This document shows, piece after piece, positions 20,120 through 30,456 of a stretch of DNA of 64,000 nt. Each line of letters begins with the position of its first letter. Position 1 is the stretch's first letter. Position numbers and translations under genes: made by a program. The notes beneath the pieces are model-generated. The model was not told where the DNA came from. It did not search any database and was given only the letters and a program-made list of their open reading frames with translations. Source of the DNA: an uncultured delta proteobacterium (GTDB lineage Bacteria; Myxococcota_A; Polyangia; Fen-1088); NCBI GenBank assembly GCA_963796685.1, contig CAWCMR010000025.1, positions 1,600,001 to 1,664,000 on the forward strand. Direction: 5' to 3'.

Positions 20120-20806
20120 ATGCGCAAAGTAAGTATGTTCCTTGGTTTGGCTTTGTTCGCGTTGGCAGGATCCGCCCGCGCCCAAGACGAAGCTGCGCCC
20201 CCCAGCAATGCCCCCCCGGCCCTGGACGCCAATGGCAATCCAGCCGCCGCACCTGAGGCGGCTCCGGCTCCCGCTCCCGAGGCTGCTGCCCCCGCGGCCG
20301 CGCCAGCCGCCGCCGAAAGCAAGATGCAGCTCGGCCTTAACCTCTTGCCGATGCTTCTCGGCAAGACCAAGACCGATGCTGGGTCCGCCGACATGTCGAT
20401 GGCCTATGGTGTCGGTGTGTCCTTCGGCTACGCCGTCATCCCCGGCCTGTACGTAGGCGTGGCTCCCCAGGCCCTGTTCCGAGTCAATGGCAAGCCCGCC
20501 GCCGGCGATTCCGCCAAGGCGTACGACCTCTTGGCTCGCGTCGCGTACGTCTACACGGTGGCCCCTAAGATTGGAATCTATGCCGAGGTACTGCCCGGCT
20601 ACTCCATCGTTTCGCTGCCTGCCCCCATCAGCAAGAGCGCCAAGGGCTTCGTCATCGCTGGCGGCGTGGGCGCCATGATGGATGTCACGGACCAGGTGTT
20701 CGTCAACCTCGGTGTTGGTTACCAGTACGGCCTGGAGAAGGTCGACAGCGCCAAGTCGAACCTCAGCTACCTACGCATTGCCGTGGGCGCTGGCATGAAG
20801 TTCTAA
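20120..20806 (+). CDS. Outer-membrane beta-barrel protein
   Basis: RBS AGGAGG, signal peptide, Ala/Pro linker, amphipathic strands, terminal Phe. Confidence 0.75.
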   Translation: MRKVSMFLGLALFALAGSARAQDEAAPPSNAPPALDANGNPAAAPEAAPAPAPEAAAPAAAPAAAESKMQLGLNLLPMLLGKTKTDAGSADMSMAYGVGVSFGYAVIPGLYVGVAPQALFRVNGKPAAGDSAKAYDLLARVAYVYTVAPKIGIYAEVLPGYSIVSLPAPISKSAKGFVIAGGVGAMMDVTDQVFVNLGVGYQYGLEKVDSAKSNLSYLRIAVGAGMKF

Positions 20807-20831
20807 CCGCTACACCGATCATCCAAGCAGA

Positions 20832-20869
20832 AGCCCGGCGCCCTTTGGGGTGGCCGGGTTTTTCTTTTT
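20832..20869 (+). terminator. Rho-independent terminator
   Basis: GC stem-loop followed by a T-rich tail just after the stop codon. Confidence 0.8.
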
Positions 20870-20885
20870 GCGTAGGATCGCGGCC

Positions 20886-21641
20886 ATGTGGAAATACGTC
20901 CCGACGCTTGCTCTCGCTGCACTCACCTTCACCGGCGCTGCCCACGCGCAAGGTGGCTACCCCGACGAGTACGCTTTGCGGCCCGTGCAGCTGCCCACAG
21001 GAATGGTCCAGCTCAAGGTGCCCGTCGTCATCAACCTGTCCAAGGACGCGGTAGCAAGCCCGGTGTACATTCCCTTCGAGCTGCGCCTCGGCCTCACGGA
21101 CGAGCTCGAAATGCGCATCTTCCATCCCGTCCACGGTCTGTGCGTGAGCGGGCACGCCAAGGGCTGCGGCCACATCTACAACGATCTCGCCCTCGGTATG
21201 CTCTACTCGGTCATGCGCGAGCAGGGCATGGAGCTCTCCCTGCTCGGCGCCCTCGAGGTGGACTCGTTCGCAAGTCCGGCGCTGGTTCGCCTGGATGCCG
21301 GCGTGGCTTTCAAGTACGTGCATGCGCCGTATTCCATCGTGACCTCGCCCTACGTCGGCATCGGCATCAGCCACCGCGACGGGAACGGGGATTCCATCAA
21401 CATTCCGGTCGAATTCGCCTACCAGCTCTCGCTGCCCACGGCCCTCTTCCTCGAAAGCGGCCTCTACGGCGCCGCCCGCGACTTCGGCAACACCTGGTCC
21501 ATGCCCCTCGGCGTCGGCCTCAATTACCTGCTTCAACACGGCGTCGACATGGGCGCCGAATTCAAGCTCGACGATGCCATCGGCAACGGCAGCAGCGGAG
21601 ACGCCCGCGAATTCATCTTCTATTTCGCGCTGCGAAACTAG
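20886..21641 (+). CDS. Hypothetical exported, probable beta-barrel protein
   Basis: Signal peptide AHA; alternating hydrophobic strands. Confidence 0.65.
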   Translation: MWKYVPTLALAALTFTGAAHAQGGYPDEYALRPVQLPTGMVQLKVPVVINLSKDAVASPVYIPFELRLGLTDELEMRIFHPVHGLCVSGHAKGCGHIYNDLALGMLYSVMREQGMELSLLGALEVDSFASPALVRLDAGVAFKYVHAPYSIVTSPYVGIGISHRDGNGDSINIPVEFAYQLSLPTALFLESGLYGAARDFGNTWSMPLGVGLNYLLQHGVDMGAEFKLDDAIGNGSSGDAREFIFYFALRN

Positions 21642-21653
21642 TCGGAGCACGGA

Positions 21654-21678
21654 GGGCGGGTTTGAAACCCGCCCCTAC
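21654..21678 (-). repeat. GTAG-type REP
   Basis: Reads GTAG-GGGCGGGTTT-C-AAACCCGCCC on the minus strand, between convergent genes. Confidence 0.75.
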
Positions 21679-21682
21679 ACAG

Positions 21683-22462
21683 CTACGCCGCGAGCTTCTT
21701 GGCGCGAATCTGCTCGGCGATGCGAAGCATGCGCCGAACCGCGGAGATGTTGGCGACCACGGCCACCACCAGCAGGGTGATCTCGATGGGCAGCTCGCGT
21801 CCCACGGAGACCGTGGCGATGCTGGGCGAGCCGGGCTTGACGAACTCCCACACGGGCGAGACCCCGCAGCCGACGAGGACGTAGACGGCGCGCTCGGCCC
21901 GGCGCATGGCTCCCTTGGGCGGGACCACGCCGAGGGCCTCTGCCTTGGCGGTGGTGTAGCTCACCATGAACGAGCCGAGCACGGCGCCGAGGCATAGCAG
22001 GAGGGCGACCGGGCTGCTGCGAAAGTAGATGATCAGGCCGGCCAGCAGGAAGTACTCGACGTAGCGATCCACGGCGGCGTCGAACAGCTCGCCCACGTCC
22101 GACATGCTGTCATAGCGACGGGCCAGCATGCCGTCGACCATGTCGCAGAACCCCGATCCCGTGGCCAAGAGCGCCCCCACCCCGAAGTGGCCCATGGAGA
22201 TGAGGGCCGCGGACACCAGCGCGGGCGCGAGGGAAAAGGCGGTCACCATGTTGGGGGTGACGCGTAGGCGGTACAGCACGTCGACCAGCGGTTCGAACAG
22301 CTTGTAGGCGACCTCCATGATCCCTCGGCTCAGCATGATGCTGCCGTGCCCGTCCAGGCGCTTGTTGCCGGCGCGCTTGGGTAGCAGCGCCAGCACGCCG
22401 CACGTCACCGCGACAACGACCCCGAATGCCAGGAGAATGAGGGCGCAGATGAGATCCGCCAT
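21683..22462 (-). CDS. CDP-alcohol phosphatidyltransferase family protein
   Basis: TPNMVT and D..DG..AR......GELFD...DR motifs. Confidence 0.9.
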   Translation of the reverse strand: MADLICALILLAFGVVVAVTCGVLALLPKRAGNKRLDGHGSIMLSRGIMEVAYKLFEPLVDVLYRLRVTPNMVTAFSLAPALVSAALISMGHFGVGALLATGSGFCDMVDGMLARRYDSMSDVGELFDAAVDRYVEYFLLAGLIIYFRSSPVALLLCLGAVLGSFMVSYTTAKAEALGVVPPKGAMRRAERAVYVLVGCGVSPVWEFVKPGSPSIATVSVGRELPIEITLLVVAVVANISAVRRMLRIAEQIRAKKLAA

Positions 22463-22538
22463 GTGTGGGCATAGTGAAGGAATCGCCCGGCGCCTTCAAG
22501 TCGCGCGTGCGAACAGGTCCGTGGGATGCCGGTCCCCC

Positions 22539-22753
22539 TGATCCCGCGACAAGAAGAGCGACAGCGCGGAAGGTACGAGAAAGAGACACCTTTCCACGAC
22601 GGACGCACGCACCCAATCGGAGCGATGACGGGCGGTCGTAGACGTAGACGGCTTACCGTGGCCGTGGCCGTGGCCGACGGAAATTACAGCCGGCCACGGC
22701 CACGGCCACGACTACGGCCACGACCACGACCTTCTGCGGCTGTCGTGGGATCA
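22539..22753. repeat. Family B MITE-like element
   Basis: TIRs TGATCCCGCGACA / TGTCGTGGGATCA; internal (CGTGGC)n / (GCCACG)n arms. Confidence 0.8.
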
Positions 22754-22811
22754 TGGGGCACCACGACCCGCTTGACGTGACCACCCATGGCTTGCTCTAG
22801 TCTCGCTCGTC

Positions 22812-23510
22812 ATGGTCGTGGCGAGGGATCAGCTTGTCGAGCAGCACCTGCATCTGGTGCACGCGATCGCCGCCAAGCTCAGGCACCGGCTCGGCAAGAC
22901 CATGGAGCCTGGCGATCTGGTCGGGTATGGCACGCAGGGCCTGCTCGAGGCGGCCAGGAAATTCGATCCCCGACAGGGCACGGCCTTCGGCACCTTCGCC
23001 TACTATCGCATCCGCGGTGCCATCTTCGATGGCATGCGTACCATGGGTTGGTATTCGCGCGGCGACTACGCGCGCTTCCGTGCCGAGGAGCGCGCCAACG
23101 AATACCTGGCCGCGGAATGCGCGCGCGAGGCCGCGCTCAGGGCGGCGAGCCCGGCCGGGCCGACCCAGGACGGGGCGGACAAGTCCGAGGTTCTGGAAGA
23201 CATCGCCGGGCTCTTGGGCGCGATGGCCACGGTTCACATCACCTCCATCGAGGCCGCGCGCGATGCCCCGGACGACCGGTTCAAGGCGCCCGACCAGGAG
23301 GTTCTGGAGGCCGAGGGGCGCGAACGTGTCCGGGCCGCGCTGGCCACCTTGCCCGACAAAGAACGGCGGCTCATGGAGCTCTATTACTTCGCGGATATGA
23401 ATCTGGAGGACGCCGGCAAGAAGCTCGGGCTGTCCAAATCCTGGGCGAGTCGGCTGCATAGCCGCGCGGTGGACCACCTGCGCGAAGTCTTGCAAGAAGG
23501 TGAATCGTGA
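22812..23510 (+). CDS. Sigma-70 factor, FliA/WhiG family
   Basis: DLVGYG..GLLEAA.KFDP..G..F.TFAYYRIRGAI.D and a region-4 HTH. Confidence 0.9.
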   Translation: MVVARDQLVEQHLHLVHAIAAKLRHRLGKTMEPGDLVGYGTQGLLEAARKFDPRQGTAFGTFAYYRIRGAIFDGMRTMGWYSRGDYARFRAEERANEYLAAECAREAALRAASPAGPTQDGADKSEVLEDIAGLLGAMATVHITSIEAARDAPDDRFKAPDQEVLEAEGRERVRAALATLPDKERRLMELYYFADMNLEDAGKKLGLSKSWASRLHSRAVDHLREVLQEGES

Positions 23511-24304
23511 GCTGCATGAACCGTTCGTGGGCACTTCTCGCCGTCTTGCTCGGCGCCAGCTTCGTTCCAGGCAGGTTGCGGGCCGAGTCGCAGGCAACGC
23601 AAACAGCGCCCGCGGCCAGCGTGCTCTCGCCAGCCGCCCCACCTCCTGCACCAGCGGCGCCGCCATCCGCGCCGGCCTATCCCTACGCGCCGTCGCCGTA
23701 TCCACAGGGCTATCCGCCGCCAGGGTATGCGGCGCCAGGGTATCCACCGCCGGGCTATCCCCCACCGGGGTATCCGCCACCGGGCTATCCGCTGCCGCGC
23801 TACGAACCGCCCGAACCTCCGCCGCCGGAGACGACCTTCTCGCTCACCATCTCTCCCCTGCATCTTCTTCTGCCGCTCCTGGAGCTGACGGGCGAGCTCC
23901 GACTTGGCAGCCAAGCAGGCCTTGCCCTGATCGCGGGCGGAGGCAGAGTTACCGTGCACGAGGCCGGTGGGCCATCGGTCACGTTCACCGCGCTCGAAGG
24001 CGGCGGTCAACTTCGCTACTACGTCACCGGCTCGTTCCGGCGGGGCCTGCATGTCGGAGCCGAAATTCTCTACATGCACGTGAACGGGGCACTCCAAGAC
24101 GTGACCGGCGTGGCCAGCGGATTGGCCATGGGACCGCTCGTCGGCTGGAAGACCACGAGCTACGCCGGGTTTACCTTCGAGGTCCAAGGAGGCGTGGAGG
24201 TGGTGACCCTGGGAGCAAGCGTGAGCGACAGCTCGGGTGGTACCAGCACCTCCGCCGTGGACTACATCCCGCTCGTCAATCTCAACATCGGTTGGTCGTT
24301 TTGA
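23507..24304 (+). CDS. Exported protein with GYPPP repeats and a DUF3575-like beta-barrel
   Basis: GTGA overlap with the sigma gene; signal peptide; terminal NIGWSF. Confidence 0.7.
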   Translation: MSCMNRSWALLAVLLGASFVPGRLRAESQATQTAPAASVLSPAAPPPAPAAPPSAPAYPYAPSPYPQGYPPPGYAAPGYPPPGYPPPGYPPPGYPLPRYEPPEPPPPETTFSLTISPLHLLLPLLELTGELRLGSQAGLALIAGGGRVTVHEAGGPSVTFTALEGGGQLRYYVTGSFRRGLHVGAEILYMHVNGALQDVTGVASGLAMGPLVGWKTTSYAGFTFEVQGGVEVVTLGASVSDSSGGTSTSAVDYIPLVNLNIGWSF

Positions 24305-24357
24305 CCTGAGCTCGCCGACCACTTCCCGCGCGGGCCGAAAATGATAGAGTTGCCCCC

Positions 24358-25095
24358 ATGCGTCGCTTGTGGATAGGGGTGGTGCTCGTGCTCGGTTGTT
24401 CGATGCCAATCCAGCATGGGCTCGATGAAGCCGCGGCCAACGAAATCCTGACGTCGCTCGAACGGGTCGGGATTCCAGCCACCAAGGGCCGTGACGAGGA
24501 TGGCACGTTCGCGGTCGTCGTCGCCAAGGGCGATGGCTTGCGCGCCATGGAGCTCATGCGCTCGCTCGGCCTGCCGCGCGGGCCACGCGCGGGGTTCGGC
24601 GAGATCTACAAGCAACCAAGCCTTGTCCCGACGCCGACCGAGGAGCGCGCCCGCTACGTCGAGGCGCTCGGCGGCGAGATCGCCCGCACCCTGGAGAGCG
24701 TCGACGGCGTCGTGAGCGCGCGGGTGCACCTGGTGTTGTCCGAGCCCGACCCGATGGCCTTGGACGGTAAACCCCGGGTGGCGGCTCAGGCGGCGGTCTT
24801 GCTCAAAACCCGTGGCGGGCGGCCTGCGCCGATCGGGGAACGAGACGTGCAGAAATTGGTCGCGGGCAGCGTACCGGGCCTGGACGCCTCGGCTGTCGCC
24901 GTCGTGGTCATCCCGGCCGAGACGCCGTCCGCGTCGAGCGCGAGCCTCGCGGCGCTGGGTCCCTTGCGCACGACCGCGGATGGCCGAAGCGTGCTGGTCG
25001 TCGTCTCGGTCGTGGCCTTCGCGCTGGTCGGATTGCTCGCGGCACTCGTGCTGGTGCTGTCGCGCCGCCTGGCGGCTGCGCAGAGAAAGAGCTAG
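24358..25095 (+). CDS. sctJ: Type III secretion inner-ring lipoprotein SctJ (YscJ/PrgK family)
   Basis: Lipobox VLGC, GLDEAAANEI, LVPTPTEERARY, DGVVSARVHL, VAGSVPGL, C-terminal TM. Confidence 0.9.
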   Translation: MRRLWIGVVLVLGCSMPIQHGLDEAAANEILTSLERVGIPATKGRDEDGTFAVVVAKGDGLRAMELMRSLGLPRGPRAGFGEIYKQPSLVPTPTEERARYVEALGGEIARTLESVDGVVSARVHLVLSEPDPMALDGKPRVAAQAAVLLKTRGGRPAPIGERDVQKLVAGSVPGLDASAVAVVVIPAETPSASSASLAALGPLRTTADGRSVLVVVSVVAFALVGLLAALVLVLSRRLAAAQRKS

Positions 25096-25109
25096 AAGAA
25101 AAGACACCC

Positions 25110-25634
25110 ATGCAGTCCATCTCTACCGCGCGCCGCCTGTTGTTGTTGACGTTGATGGTGCTTTCCGTCGGGACTCCGCTTGCCCGAGGGGAACCGCCGA
25201 CCCCGGAGGCGTTGCGGGCGCGAAAGCTGGCCGCCCGTCGCTACGAGGGAATGGTCGTGGCGTTGCCCGAGTCGGCCTTCGCGAACGGCCTGCGCGTGTG
25301 CGCGAGGGAAACACCATCCGGGATCAACGGGTACTTTCGGGTCACGCCCAAGATCGCGAATCTCATCGACGCGCAGTTGCTGCCTTACCTGCGCAAGAGC
25401 GGGCTCGACAAGAAACTGGCGTTCGCCGCCAAGCTCTACCTGCGCCAGTACGTCGGGTTCGTGCGCGACGGAGCGCGGTTCGTCTACGTCAACGCCCTGC
25501 TGGTGGAGAAGGGCAAGCCCGAGATTGAAGAGGCCAAGAAGGGATTTCTGAAATCCTGCAGCCAGGTCAGCGGCTATTGGGGCATCCAGTACGACACCAA
25601 GACCAAGCAGTTCTTGGGCTTTACGACCCGATGA
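25110..25634 (+). CDS. Hypothetical secreted protein
   Basis: Signal peptide; codon pattern consistent with coding. Confidence 0.65.
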   Translation: MQSISTARRLLLLTLMVLSVGTPLARGEPPTPEALRARKLAARRYEGMVVALPESAFANGLRVCARETPSGINGYFRVTPKIANLIDAQLLPYLRKSGLDKKLAFAAKLYLRQYVGFVRDGARFVYVNALLVEKGKPEIEEAKKGFLKSCSQVSGYWGIQYDTKTKQFLGFTTR

Positions 25635-25647
25635 TGGCGAGACCGGG

Positions 25648-26304
25648 CTAGCCCGAGAGCTTCTTCTTGAGGGCCGCGAGGGCGTCGTCGAGGGTTTGGT
25701 CCTCGCCGAGCTTCTCCAGCTTCTTCTCGCTGGCCCGCTCGGCGGCAGTGGTTCCACCCAGCTCGTCACCGAGGCTGGCCTCGGCTTCGAGGGCGTCGAT
25801 CTTGCCCGACATGCGCTCGAAATCGGCGAAGGCCGAGGTGCCGGTGGAAACCGGGCTTTGTCCCTTGGCCGCGCGGGCCCTTTCGCGCAGGGTTCCCTGG
25901 CGCAGCTTCACGTCCTTCACGCGCAATTCCAGGGCGCGCAGTCCGGCGAGGAGATTCTCCACCTGCGCCCTCTGTTCGGCCGCAGCCCGGTCGGTTTCCA
26001 GGCGATCCGCTTCCTTCTGGGCTTTGCGGCGGAGCGCCTCCTTGGCCAAGGCGTCGTCGCCGGTTTGTACCGCGCGGGCCGCGTGCTCCTCCCAGGTCTT
26101 GGCCTCGGCGGCCAGTTGCTCGGACTGCCGGAGCAGGCGCTTCTCCTCGGCCATGCATCCCGCGACCTCGCCGCGCGCCTGGGCAAGCGAATCCTCCATG
26201 TCGAGCACGAGCTGATCGATTTCCTTGGCTGGATCTTGCATCTTGTCGATGAGATCGTTGACGTTCGACTTCACCAGCGTGGACAAGCGCCCGAGGATGC
26301 TCAT
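25648..26304 (-). CDS. pspA: PspA/IM30 family protein
   Basis: MSILGRLSTLVKSNVNDLIDKMQDP..., coiled coil, F.RM..KI. Confidence 0.9.
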   Translation of the reverse strand: MSILGRLSTLVKSNVNDLIDKMQDPAKEIDQLVLDMEDSLAQARGEVAGCMAEEKRLLRQSEQLAAEAKTWEEHAARAVQTGDDALAKEALRRKAQKEADRLETDRAAAEQRAQVENLLAGLRALELRVKDVKLRQGTLRERARAAKGQSPVSTGTSAFADFERMSGKIDALEAEASLGDELGGTTAAERASEKKLEKLGEDQTLDDALAALKKKLSG

Positions 26305-26419
26305 GGGTGCGAGTCTAGTCAGGAATCGACCCTTGGCCAGAACGAAGGGATCTTCGTTCCATGTTCTCCTGTCGCATTTTTCCGCGCGGTCGGGAGGATT
26401 TTGTTAGCGTAACGCTTTC

Positions 26420-27427
26420 ATGCTTTTGCGCGACATAGTCGGACAGGGGCACGCGGTGGCCATGCTGCAGCGGTCTGTGGCGTCCGGACGGCTGGCCCAC
26501 GCCTGCCTTTTCGATGGGCCAGAAAGCGTGGGCAAGCGAAGCACCGCGCTCGCGTTGGCGAAGGCCCTGTGCTGTCCCGAGGCACCCGGTGACGGCTGTG
26601 GGGCCTGCGACACCTGCCGCCGCATCGAGACTGGCCAGCACCCGGATGTGCTCGCGCTGGCGCCGGCGGCCCAGCAATACGTCGTCGAGCAGGCGCGCGA
26701 GATCGTGGCCCTCGCGTCGACCCGCCCGCATGAAGCGCCCGCGCGCATCCTGGTTCTCGATCGTGCGGACGCGCTCAATCCCAGCTCGGCCAACTGCCTG
26801 CTCAAGACCCTGGAAGAACCTTGCCCCGGCAACCACCTGCTGCTCGTGACCTCGGCGCCCGACCGGCTGCTTCCCACCATCCGCTCGCGTACGCAGCGCG
26901 TTCGTTTCGCGGCCCTGCAGCCCTCGGCGCTGGTCGACATAGCCATGCGCAAAGGTGCCACCCGCGCGCAAGCAGAGACCGCAGCGTCGCTGGCGGGCGG
27001 GCAGGTCGGCAGGCTCTTGCAAGCCCTCGAGTCCGAGGCGGAATCGAACCTGTGGACCATCGTGGGCAACTTTCGCAAGGCCGCCGCGGCCAGGGGCATG
27101 GGCGCCATCTTCGACGCCGCGTCCGAGTTTTCCGACAAGGAAAGCCGGCAAGACCTGCCCGAGGCCTTGGCCCTGTTGATGCGGCTCTATCGCGATGCGC
27201 TCGTGACCGCTGCCGGGGCAAGCGACCTCGTGCTTCTGCGCGATCGGGCAGCGGAGCTCGAAACACTCGCGGGACGGGCGCGAAAGGACTACGATCTACA
27301 TGCGCTTCGTTCCGCCTTGCGCGAGGTGGTCCAGGCCTCGCTCGCGCTGCTCTCCAATGTGAACCCGGTGACCGCACTCGAGAAGATGATGATGGACCTC
27401 AGAACCCTAGAGTCGGCAGTCGCATGA
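26420..27427 (+). CDS. holB: DNA polymerase III subunit delta-prime
   Basis: GPESVGK, Zn module CGACDTC, HPD, ANCLLKTLEEP, LLPTIRSR. Confidence 0.92.
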   Translation: MLLRDIVGQGHAVAMLQRSVASGRLAHACLFDGPESVGKRSTALALAKALCCPEAPGDGCGACDTCRRIETGQHPDVLALAPAAQQYVVEQAREIVALASTRPHEAPARILVLDRADALNPSSANCLLKTLEEPCPGNHLLLVTSAPDRLLPTIRSRTQRVRFAALQPSALVDIAMRKGATRAQAETAASLAGGQVGRLLQALESEAESNLWTIVGNFRKAAAARGMGAIFDAASEFSDKESRQDLPEALALLMRLYRDALVTAAGASDLVLLRDRAAELETLAGRARKDYDLHALRSALREVVQASLALLSNVNPVTALEKMMMDLRTLESAVA

Positions 27428-28368
27428 GCGAAAGCCCGCAGGCTCCCGCGCCGGCAGTGGTCCGCATGGACGGCCCTGTTCGCGAGGACGTGCGCGGCAC
27501 GGTCCGCGTACGTCTTGCGCGCAACGGGCGCGTCCTCGACTGCGAGTGCGGTGCCATGATTCTGCGCCAAGGCGATCGCGTGGTGGTCGACGACAGGCGC
27601 ACCAGCACCCTGGGTACCGTGACGGCTGCGTTGGGTACGCGGCAGGGTCAGGACACGCAAGGGCGGGTGATTCGCAAGGCCGACACGCGCGATCTCGTGC
27701 GCGCCGAGCAGGAGCAGAGGCGCCAGGAAGAGGCCTTGGCCTTTGCCCGTGAGCGTGCCCGTGCCCTGGGCCTGCCCATCAAGCTCTTCCGCACCGACAT
27801 CGGGCTGGGCAGCGACCGCGCCACGTTCTTTTTTTCGTGCGAGCAGCGGGTGGACTTTCGCGGCTTGGTCCGCGATCTGGCGTCGCACCTGCACGCGCGC
27901 ATCGAAATGCGCCAGGTCGGCGTGCGCGACGAATCCAGGCTGACGGGCGGGATCGGTTCGTGTGGCCGCGAGCTGTGTTGCGCGACCTACCTCTCTCGCT
28001 TTGCGCCGGTCTCCATCAAGATGGCCAAGCACCAGCGCCTGGTGCTCAATCCGACCAAGATCGCGGGCCAGTGCAGCCGTCTCAAGTGTTGCCTGGCGTA
28101 CGAGGACGATCTCTACGTCGAGCTGTCCAAGAACCTGCCCAAACCGGGCAAGCGGGTGGAAACCCCGGAAGGCGTGGGCCGCGTCGACGATCTGGACGTG
28201 CTTGGTGGAAGGGTGCGGGTTTCCTTCTTCGAGCGGCCGCCCATGACCTTCATGGCGTCGGAGGTTCGGCTGGTGGCCAACCAACCCAACTCTCCCGTCA
28301 CCCCGACGCCCCAACCGCGCGACGTCCCGCCCGTCGACGGCGAAGAAAACCCCAGCGACGACGAATAG
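27424..28368 (+). CDS. ricT: RicT/YaaT (PSP1 domain) protein
   Basis: RVDFRGLVRDLA, GGIGSCGRELCC, KIAGQCSRLKCCLAYE; ATGA overlap with holB. Confidence 0.92.
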   Translation: MSESPQAPAPAVVRMDGPVREDVRGTVRVRLARNGRVLDCECGAMILRQGDRVVVDDRRTSTLGTVTAALGTRQGQDTQGRVIRKADTRDLVRAEQEQRRQEEALAFARERARALGLPIKLFRTDIGLGSDRATFFFSCEQRVDFRGLVRDLASHLHARIEMRQVGVRDESRLTGGIGSCGRELCCATYLSRFAPVSIKMAKHQRLVLNPTKIAGQCSRLKCCLAYEDDLYVELSKNLPKPGKRVETPEGVGRVDDLDVLGGRVRVSFFERPPMTFMASEVRLVANQPNSPVTPTPQPRDVPPVDGEENPSDDE

Positions 28369-28392
28369 CCGCTTCTCTGTTAACCTAGGCCC

Positions 28393-30355
28393 ATGGCTGA
28401 CACCTTCTACGTCACCACCCCGATCTACTACGTCAACGCGCTTCCCCACCTGGGGACCTTCTACACCACCACCGTCGCCGACGCGTTCGCGCGCTACCAC
28501 CGCGCCCGCCGCCACGAGACGTACTTTCTCACCGGCACCGACGAGCACGGGCAGAAGATCGAGCGTATGGCGCGCGAGCAGAACCTCAGCCCCAAGGAAT
28601 ACTGCGACGGCATCGTCGCCAAATTCAAGGAGGTGTGGGCGCAGGCGGGGATGAGCTTCGACCGCTTCATCCGCACCACCGACCCCGATCATGTCGCTTC
28701 GGTCGAAACCATGTGGCAACGCATGCTCGCCGCGGGCGACATCTACAAGGCCGACTACGACGGTATGTACTGCGTGGGCTGCGAGGGCTGGAAGACCGAG
28801 GAGGATGTGATCGAGGAGGGCGGCGCCAAGATTTGCCCCATCCACCGCAAGCCCGTCGAGCGGGTGCGCGAGGAGAACTACTTCTTCCGTCTGTCGAAGT
28901 ACGCCGACAGGCTGCTCGCCCTCTACGAGCAACCGGGCTTCATCCGCCCCGAAACGCGCAAGAACGAAGTGACCGAGTTCGTGCGCTCGGGCCTCAAGGA
29001 TCTGTCCATCTCGCGCTCGAGCGTCAAGTGGGGCATCCCGGTGCCGAACGATCCCAGCCATGTCATCTACGTGTGGCTCGACGCCCTGACCAACTACGTG
29101 TCCGCCCTGGGCGGGCCGGACAAGATCGCCACCGATGCGCGCTCGCAGGCGCTGTGGGGTGCGTGCACGCACCTCATCGCCAAGGACATCCTGCGCTTTC
29201 ACGCGGTGTACTGGCCGGCCATGCTGATGTCCGCCGGCTTGCCACCGCCCAAGGGCGTGTTCTGCCACGGCTACATCACCGTCAAGGGACAGAAGATCTC
29301 CAAGTCCATGCCGGCCACTCACGTGGATCCCAGCCTCATTGCCGCCTCGCTCGGCGCCGATCCTCTGCGTTACTTCGTGCTGCGCGAGTACACCCTCGGC
29401 AACGACGGCGACTTCAGCTACGAGGCGCTGTTCCAGCGCTTCGAATCGGACCTCGGCAACGACCTCGGCAACCTGGCCAACCGCACGATCTCTATGGCCC
29501 GCCAACTTGGTGAAACGCTCGATTCACCGCATCGACCGGGGTACTCGGCGGGCGATCCGCTGTCCGAGGAAGAGCTGGTCCTGCGCCGGTGCGCGCAGGA
29601 GATGATCGTTGCCGCCAGCAAGGCCTGGGACGAGATGCAACCCTCGCGCGCCCTGGAGGCGACCTGGACCATGATCCGCGCCGGCAACGTGTACCTCGAT
29701 CGCACGGCGCCGTGGAAGCTGAAGAAGGCGGGACAGCTCGCGGAGCTGCGCGAGGTGTTGGTCAACACCTGCGAGATCATCCGGCGCGCGGCCCAAATGG
29801 TCGGGCCCGCCATGCCCGAGGCGTCGCGCGAGCTTCTGCGCCAGATCGGCCGCGAGCAGGACTATGGCCTGTGGCCGTCGGAACAGTGGGGTGGCTGGCC
29901 GGGCGGCAAATTGGTCGAGCCCAAGCCCGTCTTTCCGCGCATCGAGCCCGATCGACAGCGGGAGCTGCATCGCGGCCTGGCTCGACCAGACGCCCCCGCC
30001 CAAGCAGGTTCCCGTGGGAGCAGCCGGCTTGCCCGATGAAATCACCATCGAGGAATTCGCGCGCATCGATCTGCGCTCTGCCAAGGTGTTGGCCGCGGAA
30101 GCCGTGCCCAAGACCGACAAGCTGCTCAAGCTCGTGCTGGATCTGGGCAGCGAACAGCGCACGGTCATCTCCGGCATCGCCGGCGCCTACGCGCCCGCCG
30201 AGCTCGTGGGACGGACGGTCCTCTATCTTGCCAACCTGAAGCCGGCCAAGATCCGCGGGGTGATTTCCCAGGGCATGATCCTGGCCGCGGCCAGCGACCC
30301 GCTCTCGCTCGCGTGCTTCGATCGAGAGGTGGTGCCGGGGACGAAGGTGAAATAG
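28393..30355 (+). CDS. metG: Methionyl-tRNA synthetase with a +1 frameshift near 29968, before the C-terminal tRNA-binding domain
   Basis: TTPIYYVN..PHLG, DEHGQKI, KISKS; the OB-fold tail (ITIEEFARIDLR...SQGMILAA) is in the next frame. Confidence 0.95.
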
Positions 30356-30456
30356 GAGCAGATGCGAGCTGCGTGCCCACGTCGCGGCAAAATCGGTTTG
30401 AACGATAGCGGACACGCTTGGTCCCTATCACCCAGGTGTTGTGTCATGCTGAAATC

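Noticed and set aside
29955-29985. Programmed frameshift in metG
   Set aside because: No slippery sequence; removing one base restores a normal protein, so an error is more parsimonious.
26420-30355. holB-ricT-metG linkage as a novelty
   Set aside because: This gene order is already known from Firmicutes and deltaproteobacterial lineages.
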